Assembly: GCA_026416665.1 (NCBI GenBank)
Contig: JAOAET010000051.1
Location: forward strand, 11,800-75,799
Direction: 5' to 3'
Source of the DNA: Candidatus Omnitrophota bacterium
GTDB taxonomy: Bacteria > Omnitrophota > Gorgyraeia > Gygaellales > Profunditerraquicolaceae
Length of the DNA: 64,000 nucleotides
Positions 18,731-28,756 of the stretch are shown one piece after another. The notes beneath the pieces were generated by a model. That model did not search any database. It saw only the letters and a program-made list of their open reading frames with translations, and was not told the origin of the DNA. Position 1 is the stretch's first letter. Every line of letters starts with the position of its first letter. Position numbers and translations under genes: made by a program.

Positions 18731-19405
18731 TTAGGGTACACCCAGCAACTTGTGAATCTGAGGAATAACACAACAAGCAATATATGCTTTTTCAAAGATC
18801 TTTTTAAAATCTTCTATCTTTTCAGAAAGTAAATCTTTTTTTATCTGAGAACTATCGGGTTGTAGAACCACACAACAGGAAGGTGCGGTGTTCTGAATAA
18901 GGTTTATTGCTCTGTGAATATCTTCTTCTGATGTGCTCTCAGTAACCACTATCTTAATAAATACCTCTTTATGTGAAGCAATCTCTAAAAAAAGGCGATG
19001 TTCATCCCAAAAACTCCGCATACCAGTTGAAGAAGGAAGCTTAAAGTCCATTGCTACTATATCTACCAAATCTATTACCTGTTTTAAAGCCTCAGGCAGT
19101 GTCCCGTTGGTCTCAAGGTAATTACTAAAGCCTCTGTTGCTTGTTAAACTCATAATTTTTTTAAGAAAATCAAGTTGCAATAGCGGTTCTCCACCGGTAA
19201 AACTAACACTCTGTGTAATATTAAAATATCGGCTAAGCTCTGCAAGTAGTTCTTCAGCATCATACTCACGAAAAATACTCTGCCAAGTATCACAGAACTT
19301 ACAGGAAAGATTGCAACCATAAAAACGCACAAAAATCTGCCGTCTGCCTATATACAGACCTTCTCCTTGAATACTTACAAATATCTCCGAAATTCTCCCC
19401 TTCAT
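18731..19405 (-). CDS. queE: 7-carboxy-7-deazaguanine synthase
   Basis: SIQGEG, CNLSCKFCDT, TGGEP, ETNG, PQIHK. Confidence 0.95.
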   Translation of the reverse strand: MKGRISEIFVSIQGEGLYIGRRQIFVRFYGCNLSCKFCDTWQSIFREYDAEELLAELSRYFNITQSVSFTGGEPLLQLDFLKKIMSLTSNRGFSNYLETNGTLPEALKQVIDLVDIVAMDFKLPSSTGMRSFWDEHRLFLEIASHKEVFIKIVVTESTSEEDIHRAINLIQNTAPSCCVVLQPDSSQIKKDLLSEKIEDFKKIFEKAYIACCVIPQIHKLLGVP

Positions 19406-20094
19406 AATAGTAAAGGATCTTTTATACCTGCTTCTTTAAATCCCTTCTTACGCCAAAGACAACTATCGCAGCTTTGACAAGGATGTTTTTTCCCTCTGTA
19501 ACAAGACCAGGTCAACTGATAAGGGACACCGAGTTTTATTCCGCGTTCAATTATCTGGGCTTTCGTAAGATTAATTAACGGTGTTTTAATCTCTATTTTT
19601 TTATTCTGGGCTCCTGTCTTTGTCCCTACTGAAACTAATTTTCTAAATACTCGATAAAAACTTGAACGGCAATCAGGATAACCGCTGTAATCAACAGCAT
19701 TTGCACCAATAAAAATTGCCTCTGCACCTATTGCCTCTGCATAAGAAACAGCGTAACTTAAAAAAATAATATTCCGCGCAGGCACATAGGTGTTAGGGAT
19801 TGCCTTTTTTTTATCAAAACTTTCCTCTTCTGCTACGGGAATCTTCAATTTATAATCAATAAGACTTGACCCCTTCCAAGGAAGCGTAATCTTTAAAACT
19901 GTCAAAGGTACTTTGGCATATTCTGTTATTCTGCGACAAGCAACCAGTTCTTTTTTGTGTCGTTGGCCATAGTCAAAAGAAAGACAAAAACAGCGAAAAC
20001 CTTGACGGATTGCCTCAAATAAAGTAGTGGAAGAATCAAGTCCTCCCGAGAGTAAAACCACAGCTTTTTTATATATTTTGCTCTGTTTGCTCAT
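19402..20094 (-). CDS. queC: 7-cyano-7-deazaguanine synthase
   Basis: SGGLDS, YVPARN, YPDCR, SCY..C..C..C. Confidence 0.97.
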   Translation of the reverse strand: MSKQSKIYKKAVVLLSGGLDSSTTLFEAIRQGFRCFCLSFDYGQRHKKELVACRRITEYAKVPLTVLKITLPWKGSSLIDYKLKIPVAEEESFDKKKAIPNTYVPARNIIFLSYAVSYAEAIGAEAIFIGANAVDYSGYPDCRSSFYRVFRKLVSVGTKTGAQNKKIEIKTPLINLTKAQIIERGIKLGVPYQLTWSCYRGKKHPCQSCDSCLWRKKGFKEAGIKDPLLL

Positions 20095-20443
20095 AATAAG
20101 TGGCAGAACTTGAAGGACTTTCCCACACAGTTACCGCACAAACTTCTGGTATACTCTTTTTAAGCTGCTTATAAATAAAAACAGCTATATTCTCTGAGGT
20201 TGGATTAATTTTGGTAAAAGGAGTAATTTTATTTAGATAGGCATGGTCAAACTGCTTTAAGATACGTTGTAATTCTTTTTTTAAAACGGAAAAATCAATA
20301 ACCATTCCTGTGTTATCCAATTCTTTTGACTGGGCAACTACTTCTATCTTCCAATTATGACCATGTAAGGCTTCACATTTACCTTTGTATGCGCGTAAAT
20401 TGTGGGCAGCACTAAATGAAGATTCCACCTTTACTCTATACAT
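20069..20443 (-). CDS. queD: 6-carboxy-tetrahydropterin synthase
   Basis: FSAAH, CEALHGHNW, DH..LN, PTSEN, WES; start at ATG 20443. Confidence 0.96.
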   Translation of the reverse strand: MYRVKVESSFSAAHNLRAYKGKCEALHGHNWKIEVVAQSKELDNTGMVIDFSVLKKELQRILKQFDHAYLNKITPFTKINPTSENIAVFIYKQLKKSIPEVCAVTVWESPSSSATYYEQTEQNI

Positions 20444-21227
20444 GGTTGACCTTCTTTGCATTGTGTATAGGACGACCAAGAAATTGTTTGGCTAAATTAC
20501 TAAACCACTCTGGATTATCAGAGACAAAAAACTGTTGTCTTCCTTTACCTGCGACTTTTAGTTGTTTTTCTCTGGACAAAATTTCTCTTACCTCCAACGC
20601 TACCTGCTTAGCTGAATCAATTAGGGTAACATTCTTTCCCATTACTTCTTGTATCAGCGGTTTAAGCAGAGGATAATGGGTACAACCTAAGATAAGTGTA
20701 TCTACATTTTGTTTTTTTAATGGCGCCAAATATTTTTCGGCAACATAAGATACTGCTGGTCCACTTAAAAAACCTTCCTCAGCAAAAGGAACAAACAAAG
20801 GACAGGCAACTGCAAAAACTTTTATTCTAGGGTCAAGCTGTTTAATTTCTCTTTCGTAAGCTCCGCTATTTATCGTTCCTCGCGTGCCAATAACACCGAC
20901 CTTTTTGTTCTTCGTAGCATATACTGCCTCTCGTACTGCGGGTGAAAGCACACCTACGATAGGTACTTTGAAGTGATGACGGATAATAGGTAAGGCTAAA
21001 CTGGAAACAGTATTACAAGCAACACATATAAGTTTTACATCTTGATTAAGCAAAAACAATATATTCTCAATAGAAAATTTTATAACAGTCTCCTGGGATT
21101 TAATACCATAAGGGACACGAGCAGTGTCTCCGAAATAGATTAGGTCTTCATAAGGCAAAACTTTTATAAGCTCTTTGACTACAGTCAACCCACCTACACC
21201 TGAATCAAATACTCCTATTGGTTTCAT
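20436..21227 (-). CDS. murI: Glutamate racemase
   Basis: FDSGVGG, ACNT, LGCTHYP. Confidence 0.97.
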   Translation of the reverse strand: MKPIGVFDSGVGGLTVVKELIKVLPYEDLIYFGDTARVPYGIKSQETVIKFSIENILFLLNQDVKLICVACNTVSSLALPIIRHHFKVPIVGVLSPAVREAVYATKNKKVGVIGTRGTINSGAYEREIKQLDPRIKVFAVACPLFVPFAEEGFLSGPAVSYVAEKYLAPLKKQNVDTLILGCTHYPLLKPLIQEVMGKNVTLIDSAKQVALEVREILSREKQLKVAGKGRQQFFVSDNPEWFSNLAKQFLGRPIHNAKKVNHV

Positions 21228-22348
21228 TTTCTTCTTTCCTTGCTTTTCAAGGCATAAAATTCATCTGATAATTGCTGCTCCGGAATACAGCTTATCGTGC
21301 GGTCGTAATCACGTAATCCTTTATGAATTGCCTCAGCAATTTGTTGGCGGTAAGATGAAGCAGACAGAAGATGCGCTTCCTTTAGGTTAGACATAAAACC
21401 TACCTCTATCAAAACCGCAGGTATAGTTGAACGCCGTAATACACAAAAATTAGCCCCTTTTGAACCAATAACACGACAATCTAAGGATTGATCTATAGCT
21501 GAACAGATATGCCTTGCTAGACGAATCGACTCTTTTTTGTTGTAAGAATAAATCAAGTCCCATAGAATTGCCTTCAAAGTAGTATCTGAACTGGCCAAAG
21601 AATCCTTATAATCATCTAGGGAAAAAGTTCGGGCAGCATTCTGTGCCCTTTCCATATCACTTATCTTGGGAACCAAATAGTAGATTTCAAAACCATTTAA
21701 ACTTCTTTCACGATTAGCGTTGGCATGAATACTTACAAAAAGGTCGGCTTTTGATTTCTCAGTTAATCGCGCACGCTCTTCTAAAGGAACAAACTTATCG
21801 GTTGTCCTGGTCATTAATACCTCTACACCACTTCTACGTAAAAGATTAGCTATTCTTTTTCCTATATCAAGAACAACCTCTTTTTCATATAACCCGGATT
21901 TACTGATTGCGCCAGGGTCTTTACCTCCGTGACCAGGGTCAATAATTACTTTTCTTATAGAGTAAAAACCTATGGCTTTAGGTTTTGCTTTAGATATACC
22001 TACCAACGGTTCAATTATCTGAATACGAAATTGCTCTGGGACTACAATAGAACCGTCATATAGTTGCACTGGACGATTTAATGACTGCAAGGTTCCATTA
22101 ACAAAAACAGAGTTTGAATTAACCTGTAAGCGGATGCTCTGGGCTTGTCTGCGTAATTCTACTGTTCGTGTAAGAATATCATAGCTCCATTGTAGGTTAT
22201 AGTGCTTACATAAATCTACCAGCGACACATAACGCTGTCCATCTAAAAAGTAAGTTGTTAGTCCTGTGGTAGTAGAAAGTGTAGCACACCCTGAGGAAAT
22301 AAGAGTCAAAAATATTAACCCGAATAATACTTTTACTATTGTTTTCAC
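21224..22348 (-). CDS. N-acetylmuramoyl-L-alanine amidase (Amidase_3), probable lipoprotein
   Basis: Lipobox SSGC; DPGHGG, SIHAN, LIEVG zinc/catalytic motifs. Confidence 0.93.
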   Translation of the reverse strand: MKTIVKVLFGLIFLTLISSGCATLSTTTGLTTYFLDGQRYVSLVDLCKHYNLQWSYDILTRTVELRRQAQSIRLQVNSNSVFVNGTLQSLNRPVQLYDGSIVVPEQFRIQIIEPLVGISKAKPKAIGFYSIRKVIIDPGHGGKDPGAISKSGLYEKEVVLDIGKRIANLLRRSGVEVLMTRTTDKFVPLEERARLTEKSKADLFVSIHANANRERSLNGFEIYYLVPKISDMERAQNAARTFSLDDYKDSLASSDTTLKAILWDLIYSYNKKESIRLARHICSAIDQSLDCRVIGSKGANFCVLRRSTIPAVLIEVGFMSNLKEAHLLSASSYRQQIAEAIHKGLRDYDRTISCIPEQQLSDEFYALKSKERRK

Positions 22349-22418
22349 AGAAGTAATAAGATAACTTCTAAACTTTATTAATTGCCTTCTCTTTTTAGAT
22401 TAAACACAATATTCTTTC

Positions 22419-22812
22419 TGGTGGAGGTGGGCGGAATTGAACCGCCGTCCTTAAATAGACAGATACAAACCCCTACATGCTTAGTCAGTCTATTTGTTCT
22501 TAAGCCTTAACCCTCCGGCTGACAGGATGGTTAAGGCCGCAAGCTTCCTTTTGTCTTACGCCAGTTCTGAAAGCTTAAAGAACTGGCGCCAGCCTAAATA
22601 ACCGGCTCAAACACCAGCCCTTAGGCAGACTGGGTTGAGGCTTCGCTAAATTAGTTAGCGAAGGCAAACGCAGGTGTCATTGATGTTGGCATCAATGGCA
22701 TCAACACTGGTGTGTTTGCGTTTATTTTTGCACGGATTGTTAACGCGGCCAACCATGCGTCCGCGGCATGCGTTTTGTACCCGACATATTTAAGTCGAGC
22801 CCTTTCACCCCC
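22419..22812 (-). ncRNA. ssrA: tmRNA
   Basis: 5' GGGGGTGAAAGGGCTCGAC, 3' GGACGGCGGTTCAATTCCGCCCACCTCCACCA; directly downstream of smpB; tag ORF 22719-22651. Confidence 0.97.
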
Positions 22813-22885
22813 AATTTTTTAAGAACAAATTTTAAACTTAGCCTACTGTAACACGTAAAAACACAGCTTTTTTTAGTAACCTGTT

Positions 22886-23344
22886 TTATTTTCTACTTGT
22901 ATTTTTTAAAACTTTCCTAATTTTTTGCTCCATCTCCCTTCGTTTAATATCCTCTCTCTTATCCCACTTCTTTTTACCTTTAGCTAAAGCAAGCTCTACC
23001 TTAGCAAATCCCCTATCATTAAAGTATACCTTAAGTGGCACAAGGGTCAATCCTTTTTGTGAAAGAAACCCTGCAATTTTTAAAATCTCTCTTTTGTGTA
23101 AGAGCAAACGTCTTGTGCGTGTTGGCTCGACATTTAAATAACTTGCTTGTGCATAAGGACTTATGTGTGCATTATAAAGATAAACCTGTCCTGCCTCTAC
23201 TCGAGCAAAACTATCTTTAAGATTAATCTTGCGTGCGCGAAGAGATTTGACTTCACTACCTTTTAATTCAATACCTGCCTCAAAACGCTGTAATATCTCA
23301 TAATCACGAAATGCCTCTTTATTAGTGGCAATGGCTTGGTTCAT
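22886..23344 (-). CDS. smpB: SsrA-binding protein
   Basis: EAGIEL.GSEVKSLR, RRLLLHKREI, AKGKK..DKR. Confidence 0.98.
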   Translation of the reverse strand: MNQAIATNKEAFRDYEILQRFEAGIELKGSEVKSLRARKINLKDSFARVEAGQVYLYNAHISPYAQASYLNVEPTRTRRLLLHKREILKIAGFLSQKGLTLVPLKVYFNDRGFAKVELALAKGKKKWDKREDIKRREMEQKIRKVLKNTSRK

Positions 23345-24297
23345 TATAAAGTTCGGATGACAAAATATAAACTTAAAAATACAGGAATGGTAATTAAACT
23401 AAAAAGATGCCCCCAGAATATACCTTGACTTATCAAGATATCCTTTGCATTATATCGACTAACAATTACTGAGAGATTAGTGGCTGGAGGCATAGCAAGC
23501 TGAAGAATAATTAAGAACCCCAGCATCTCTGGTGTCGACCAAACAAAAATAAACCAAAGCCCTATTAAAGGCATAATCACTAATTTAGCTAAAGTAAACA
23601 TTGTGATTGGTTTTAAATACCTTTGGTTAATTCTTATTAAAGCCAAGTTACCACCTACAACAATCATTGCCAAAGGAACAGTGCAGTCTCCTATTTTCTC
23701 AAGTGGGTTTAAAACCCAAGACGGAAAAAAATGCTGCCAACCTAACCAAACCACAGCTAGCCCTAATAAGGTTGCTACTACTGGTGGATTGAATAAACTT
23801 TTAAAGTCAAACTCCTTTTTATCAAAATAAGTAAGCATATATATACCTAAAGAGAACATCACCAGATTAAAACCAAGTAAGAATAAAAACAGATAAATGA
23901 GTATAAGTTCTTGTTTATGATTTGGCAGAAGAGAGGATAAAAGCGTAAGTGGTAAATATCCTGAATTTTGAAAGGCAACCAGACTGATAAACTGTAACCT
24001 CTCTTCTTTTTCCTTAAGGAAACCACTACAAAAATATCCTACTATAAAACCTAATGCTGTGATAGCTAAACTAAGAACAGGAAACAACCACCATTGGGGG
24101 AAAGTATGAAAACTGAAGCTTTTAAGAAGACGGCTAAAAATTAGAAGAGGAAGCGTTACCTCAACTGTCAAAAGGCTTATAGTATTTAATCCACCTATCC
24201 CTAAGAGGTTTCGCTTGATAAGGAAAAAACCTATACCACCCAGAATAAAGCTTGAGCTCACCCCGGTCAAGGTGACCTGAAAAGCTTCCGCAAACAC
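23344..24297 (-). CDS. AEC (auxin efflux carrier) family transporter
   Basis: ~10 TM helices, FQNSGYLP, PLAMIVVG, AMPPAT; AGGAGG before GTG start. Confidence 0.88.
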   Translation of the reverse strand: MFAEAFQVTLTGVSSSFILGGIGFFLIKRNLLGIGGLNTISLLTVEVTLPLLIFSRLLKSFSFHTFPQWWLFPVLSLAITALGFIVGYFCSGFLKEKEERLQFISLVAFQNSGYLPLTLLSSLLPNHKQELILIYLFLFLLGFNLVMFSLGIYMLTYFDKKEFDFKSLFNPPVVATLLGLAVVWLGWQHFFPSWVLNPLEKIGDCTVPLAMIVVGGNLALIRINQRYLKPITMFTLAKLVIMPLIGLWFIFVWSTPEMLGFLIILQLAMPPATNLSVIVSRYNAKDILISQGIFWGHLFSLITIPVFLSLYFVIRTL

Positions 24298-24320
24298 ACC
24301 TTTCCTCCTTATAATAAATA

Positions 24321-24349
24321 ATTATAGCAGTTAAAACTATAAATCTCAA
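24321..24349 (-). promoter_or_regulatory. sigma70 promoter for AEC-smpB-ssrA run
   Basis: TTGAGA-17-TATAAT with extended -10 TG. Confidence 0.65.
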
Positions 24350-24529
24350 GAGAAAATGAAGTTATTTATTCCTAAAAAATAGGAATTATCTCATAAAACT
24401 ACCTCTCTAAGAAATCTACCCTATTATTTACAATCTTTTCTTACTTTAAATTTCTCAGTAAAAATAACTCAAGAATATAAAATATATATTGGCCAAAAAT
24501 ACGTTTACTCTCTGAAAGGTTTAAGAAGA

Positions 24530-24558
24530 TTGACAGATAAACTCTAGTAAATTATACT
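24530..24558 (+). promoter_or_regulatory. sigma70 promoter for tRNA-Leu
   Basis: TTGACA-17-TATACT ending 12 nt before the tRNA. Confidence 0.75.
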
Positions 24559-24570
24559 TAGGTAGTATAC

Positions 24571-24655
24571 GCGGAGGTGGCGGAATTGGCAGACGCGCTG
24601 GTCTCAGAAGCCAGTGACGCAAGTCTTGAGGGTTCAAATCCCTCCCTCCGCACCA
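24571..24655 (+). tRNA. tRNA-Leu (CAG), encoded CCA
   Basis: GCGGAGGTGGCGGAATTGGCAGACGCGCTGGTCTCAGAAGCCAG, long variable arm, GGTTCAAATCC..CCGCACCA. Confidence 0.97.
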
Positions 24656-24698
24656 TATCCATATATAGTGTAGGTTATCTAAAAGCTGTTGTGGCTCT

Positions 24699-25589
24699 TT
24701 AGTCTTTAATAAGGGAAACACCTTTACAGGAATTAATTTCTACCTGAACTGTTACATGGTGAATCCCAAATCTTTCTTTAAGCATCTGTTCTATTTCTCT
24801 AATTAATAGACACGTCTTACTTACTGGCATATCCTCTTTTAGATTAATATGGCCTTCTAAGTGGATATCCTTTTCATTTATTGACCATACATGGACATGA
24901 TGAATATCACTTACACCGTTAATTTCTTCAATTGCTTTTTGTATCTCACGAAGCTTTATTCCACGCGGGACATTCTGCATAAGGATATGAATACTTTGTT
25001 GAATAATTAAATAGCCTTCCTTTAGTACATAAAGTCCAATGATGAAGGTAAGAAGCGGGTCTATCCAATATATCTTTAAAAACACTATTGCAACTGCTGC
25101 TATAATTACCGCAAAAGAAGAAAGCGCATCAGAAAACAGATGCACATAGGCAGTACGAATATTTAGGTCGCGATGGGCACTGGTCTTCAATAGAATTACA
25201 GAAAACACATTAGAGAATAATCCCACTAATGATACTATTAACATTGTCCAACCATTAATTGGTCTTAAAGTATTAAGGCGCAGAAACGCCTCCTTGAACA
25301 AAAAAAGTGAAACCACCACTAAAATACAAGAATTAAAAAGGGCAGCTAGAATCTCTGCCCGTTTGTAGCCAAAAGTCTTATCTAAAGAACTCATCCTCCT
25401 ACTTAATCTTACTGCAAATAAACTAATTACTAATGCGGTGGTGTCGCTCAAATTATGTAAAGCGTCAGAAATAAGCGCTAAACTGCCTGAGAATATCCCA
25501 CCAATTACCTCTGCTAAAGTTGTTAAGAAGTTAAGCAGAATTGCCAAAAACAAACGCTTTTCTTTTTTTCTCTCCGGATGATGCTCCAT
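24699..25589 (-). CDS. Cation diffusion facilitator (CzcD/ZitB-like)
   Basis: SLALISDALHNLSD, TFGYKRAEIL, HLFSD, HHVHVW. Confidence 0.93.
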   Translation of the reverse strand: MEHHPERKKEKRLFLAILLNFLTTLAEVIGGIFSGSLALISDALHNLSDTTALVISLFAVRLSRRMSSLDKTFGYKRAEILAALFNSCILVVVSLFLFKEAFLRLNTLRPINGWTMLIVSLVGLFSNVFSVILLKTSAHRDLNIRTAYVHLFSDALSSFAVIIAAVAIVFLKIYWIDPLLTFIIGLYVLKEGYLIIQQSIHILMQNVPRGIKLREIQKAIEEINGVSDIHHVHVWSINEKDIHLEGHINLKEDMPVSKTCLLIREIEQMLKERFGIHHVTVQVEINSCKGVSLIKD

Positions 25590-25720
25590 CTTCTTTTCTT
25601 TAGCGTATAGAAAAATTTTCAAGAATCTTGTGAAGTAATAGGCATTCTTACAAAACTGTCTTTAAAGATAGTGAGGAATTTCTTTTAGCTAGTTTTTTTG
25701 TTTTTAACCATTTATTTTCC

Positions 25721-26320
25721 TTAGAATTTTCTGCTTACTCCTAACAAAACCAGATGACTATCAATACCTTCATTAGGTTTTTTTATACTGCAATTAGAGA
25801 GATGACGAAAACGGTATTCTAAACTAACAGCACTATCTTTTATTTTACCTATCTTGATTCCCAACCCTAAGGTATCAATAAAATTAAACTGGGTTGCTTG
25901 TTCTCGGGTATGCTGGCTCATATAAACAAGCCCACTTCCCAACCGAACATACGGAGCTATTTTTTTATCTGGTGACAATAAAAATAATTTTATAAATAGC
26001 GAACAACCTGTTTCTATATTACTATTGGGTCTTGTAACAATAGCAATAAATGGCTCAACATCAACTACTGCTCTTCTCTCAAACCAGCTTAATTTTATTT
26101 TCTGCCAAAACTTATCCACATTATAGCTAATGCAAAAATAGATAGGCCAAAATACATAATGTCCTTTCCCATGTAAACGCCCCCGTGCCCCACCAGAAAA
26201 CCATTGGAATTCATCAGGTAAGGAGAAAGTTTTCTGCTGTAAGCAACCAAACAAATAAATTACTGCTAGAAAAACGATAGATAAAAGTTTATTGCCTATC
26301 AGATTATTTCTCTGTCTCAT
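25721..26320 (-). CDS. PagL-like outer-membrane acyloxyacyl hydrolase (lipid A deacylase family)
   Basis: PYV..G.G, QFNF, YRFRHLSN...PNEG, C-terminal F. Confidence 0.8.
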   Translation of the reverse strand: MRQRNNLIGNKLLSIVFLAVIYLFGCLQQKTFSLPDEFQWFSGGARGRLHGKGHYVFWPIYFCISYNVDKFWQKIKLSWFERRAVVDVEPFIAIVTRPNSNIETGCSLFIKLFLLSPDKKIAPYVRLGSGLVYMSQHTREQATQFNFIDTLGLGIKIGKIKDSAVSLEYRFRHLSNCSIKKPNEGIDSHLVLLGVSRKF

Positions 26321-26331
26321 CTTTCCCCCCT

Positions 26332-27399
26332 TTACTTATTTAGTTTTAGTCTCCATTGTCTTGATGCTTCTTTATAGGCAATAAAAGACTCTTTTACAGA
26401 GAAATCATTTCGTAAAAGGCCAAAATAATCTATACCATTTTTCCAATGTCCATTAGTGTCACGCCAAAAGGCCCAAAATATTTTTTCAACGTACTTAATA
26501 TCGAGTAATTTAGTAAATACTAACCTAACCCATTGTGCTTGCTGGTGTTCATTAGGATTTTTACCCAACCACCAATTATCTACCCGCAACCCTCTACGCA
26601 CCCCAGGAGCCCCCAGTTCAGTAATCCATATTTTTTTATGCCCATCTTTGTTTCGCTGCATAATCTTATGTACCCGTTCAAGAAATGCCTGTGCACGTTT
26701 CAAAGCAAGCGGATCAAGCGGTGACTCAAACAAATGCACATTCATTATATCAAAATATCCAGCTGCACCAGCATCGTATAGTCTGTTTACCGAAGCAAGA
26801 CCATTTGCCAGCCCACCATTTAACACAAAACAGTTAGGATCCTCTTGTTTAATTGCACAATAAACATCCTTTAACAGCCCAACATATTTAACCAGTCCAT
26901 CTTGCGGCTGCCAATAAACATTAGAATCCGGCTCATTCCATATCTCCCAGTATCTTATTCTGTCTTTATAACGATTTACTACTTTTTGGGCAAATTGGAC
27001 AAATAGAAGATTATCTTTAGGTGGACAATTCCATCTTCCACAACTAGATGCCCAATCAGCACTATAATCAAGTAAACCTAGAATTTGAATATTACGACGC
27101 ACTAACATCTCAACTAGCTCATCATAAAGTTGAAAATTCCAAATCCCTTCTTGGGGCTCAATTTCTTGCCAAACGAAATCAAGCCGGACAATACTTACTC
27201 CTGCCTCTACCATCTTATCTACTGAAAGTAAACGACTATCTGTGTCAGGGTAGTGAAAATTGTTCCAGTTGTGGTTCCAGTGTAAAAAATCTAATACACC
27301 AAAAGGTGTATCACAGATATCTCTATTATCAGTTCCCATAACAACCCCTTGTCCTAAAAGAAAAATTAATATCAAAATACTACCTAGCTTTTTTTTCAT
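26332..27399 (-). CDS. Secreted clan GH-A glycoside hydrolase (GH39/GH5-like)
   Basis: Signal peptide; WEIWNEPD acid/base; IWITELG nucleophile; FGL. Confidence 0.85.
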   Translation of the reverse strand: MKKKLGSILILIFLLGQGVVMGTDNRDICDTPFGVLDFLHWNHNWNNFHYPDTDSRLLSVDKMVEAGVSIVRLDFVWQEIEPQEGIWNFQLYDELVEMLVRRNIQILGLLDYSADWASSCGRWNCPPKDNLLFVQFAQKVVNRYKDRIRYWEIWNEPDSNVYWQPQDGLVKYVGLLKDVYCAIKQEDPNCFVLNGGLANGLASVNRLYDAGAAGYFDIMNVHLFESPLDPLALKRAQAFLERVHKIMQRNKDGHKKIWITELGAPGVRRGLRVDNWWLGKNPNEHQQAQWVRLVFTKLLDIKYVEKIFWAFWRDTNGHWKNGIDYFGLLRNDFSVKESFIAYKEASRQWRLKLNK

Positions 27400-28756
27400 A
27401 TGGCCTGTCTTCAACGTTAATGTAATCTGTAAATGAAAGTGACTCTCCCAACTCCTGCTTAACTACTCTAATACGGTCAGCTGTGAAAGGATGGGTCTTA
27501 AGATAATTTTTAGGACGAGGTGGTTTCCTACGATTGTCTTCTTGAAGTTTTTCGAGAAAACTAATCATACCCCGCGGGTTATATCCAGCAAGTTTTGCAT
27601 ATCGTGCTCCTAACTGGTCAGCTAATAATTCATCTTCACGGCTGTAACCCAATAAAAGAGTAGTAAACGCTGCATCAGAAGTTGCTAAAACTTCAGAATT
27701 CTCAGACAAGGGAATACTTAACAAGCGCATAAGGGAATATCCCATAATTGCCTGTAGTCTTTTGATACTGTGCCGAGCAACAATATGCCCTACTTCGTGT
27801 GCAAGAACAGCTGCTAACTCATCATCATTGGAGATTTTTTCCACCAACCCCTTGAAGACATATACATAACCACCAGGAAGGGCAACGGCATTCACTTCAT
27901 TTTCTTCAAGAACTTTAAATTCGTAATTAACATCCTTTCGGTCTGAGACAGTAGCAATTTGCTTACCAATACTTGCTACTTTCTCCTGAATAAGAGGATC
28001 AGAAACAGGCTTGTATTGTTTTTCAATTTCTTTAGCCATTGCTTGTCCTAAGGCTATTTCCCGCTCTGTAGAGTAATAAAATACTTCTTGTTGTCCTGTA
28101 ACTACATTGTATTCTGTAGAACAACCAGAGAATAAACCAGAAACCAAACTCAAGATACAAAAAATAGAAAAACTAAAAATACGCACCCCTATTTCTTTTA
28201 ACATCCGATATAATCGGCGAACAGGCAACCCCACTACATTATAAAAACAACCATCAATCCTTCGGATAAAAAAACCCCCTTTACCTTGTATATCAAAACT
28301 GCCCGCCTTATCCAAAGGATTAACACAGCGGAAATAACCTTTTATTTCTTTGTCTTGTAGATGGTCCATATATATCTTTGTCTTCTCAACGGCAAGCTTG
28401 GTAATTTTTTTCTCTACATCAATAACACATAACCCAGAATAAATCCACTGGGTTTTTCCTGATAAATATTTAAGCATCTTGCTTGCACTGGCTAAATCTT
28501 TAGGCTTTCCAAATACTTTTTTACCTTGCACTACAATCGTATCAGCTGCAATAACAATACCTTTTTTTAAACGGGCAGCTACTGCCTCTGCTTTACGACG
28601 GGCGTTTCTCTTTACTAGCTGAGCAAAAGACATCCCCTCTATAAAATCATCCTCTTTTATTCTACTAGGTATCACAGAAAACTTCAAACCAAATAACCTT
28701 AACAATTTCCTCCTTGCTTTAGAATCCGAAGCTAAATAGATAGGTTTTTGTTTCAT
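27380..28756 (-). CDS. Maf nucleotide pyrophosphatase fused to M48 (BepA/LoiP-like) metalloprotease
   Basis: Maf: LAS.S..RR, AADT.V, GKP, DKAG, NVVGLP; hydrophobic segment ending SGC; M48: NAVALPGG, HEVGH, YSR..E..AD, THP. Confidence 0.9.
   Translation of the reverse strand: MKQKPIYLASDSKARRKLLRLFGLKFSVIPSRIKEDDFIEGMSFAQLVKRNARRKAEAVAARLKKGIVIAADTIVVQGKKVFGKPKDLASASKMLKYLSGKTQWIYSGLCVIDVEKKITKLAVEKTKIYMDHLQDKEIKGYFRCVNPLDKAGSFDIQGKGGFFIRRIDGCFYNVVGLPVRRLYRMLKEIGVRIFSFSIFCILSLVSGLFSGCSTEYNVVTGQQEVFYYSTEREIALGQAMAKEIEKQYKPVSDPLIQEKVASIGKQIATVSDRKDVNYEFKVLEENEVNAVALPGGYVYVFKGLVEKISNDDELAAVLAHEVGHIVARHSIKRLQAIMGYSLMRLLSIPLSENSEVLATSDAAFTTLLLGYSREDELLADQLGARYAKLAGYNPRGMISFLEKLQEDNRRKPPRPKNYLKTHPFTADRIRVVKQELGESLSFTDYINVEDRPYEKKAR

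Noticed and set aside
18276-20443. 7-deazaguanine DNA modification (dpd) system
   Set aside because: queF is present and no dpdA/B/C-like genes are nearby; ordinary queuosine precursor pathway.
24521-24721. 66-aa ORF on - strand
   Set aside because: Antisense shadow of tRNA-Leu (GGRDLNP pattern is typical of reversed tRNAs).
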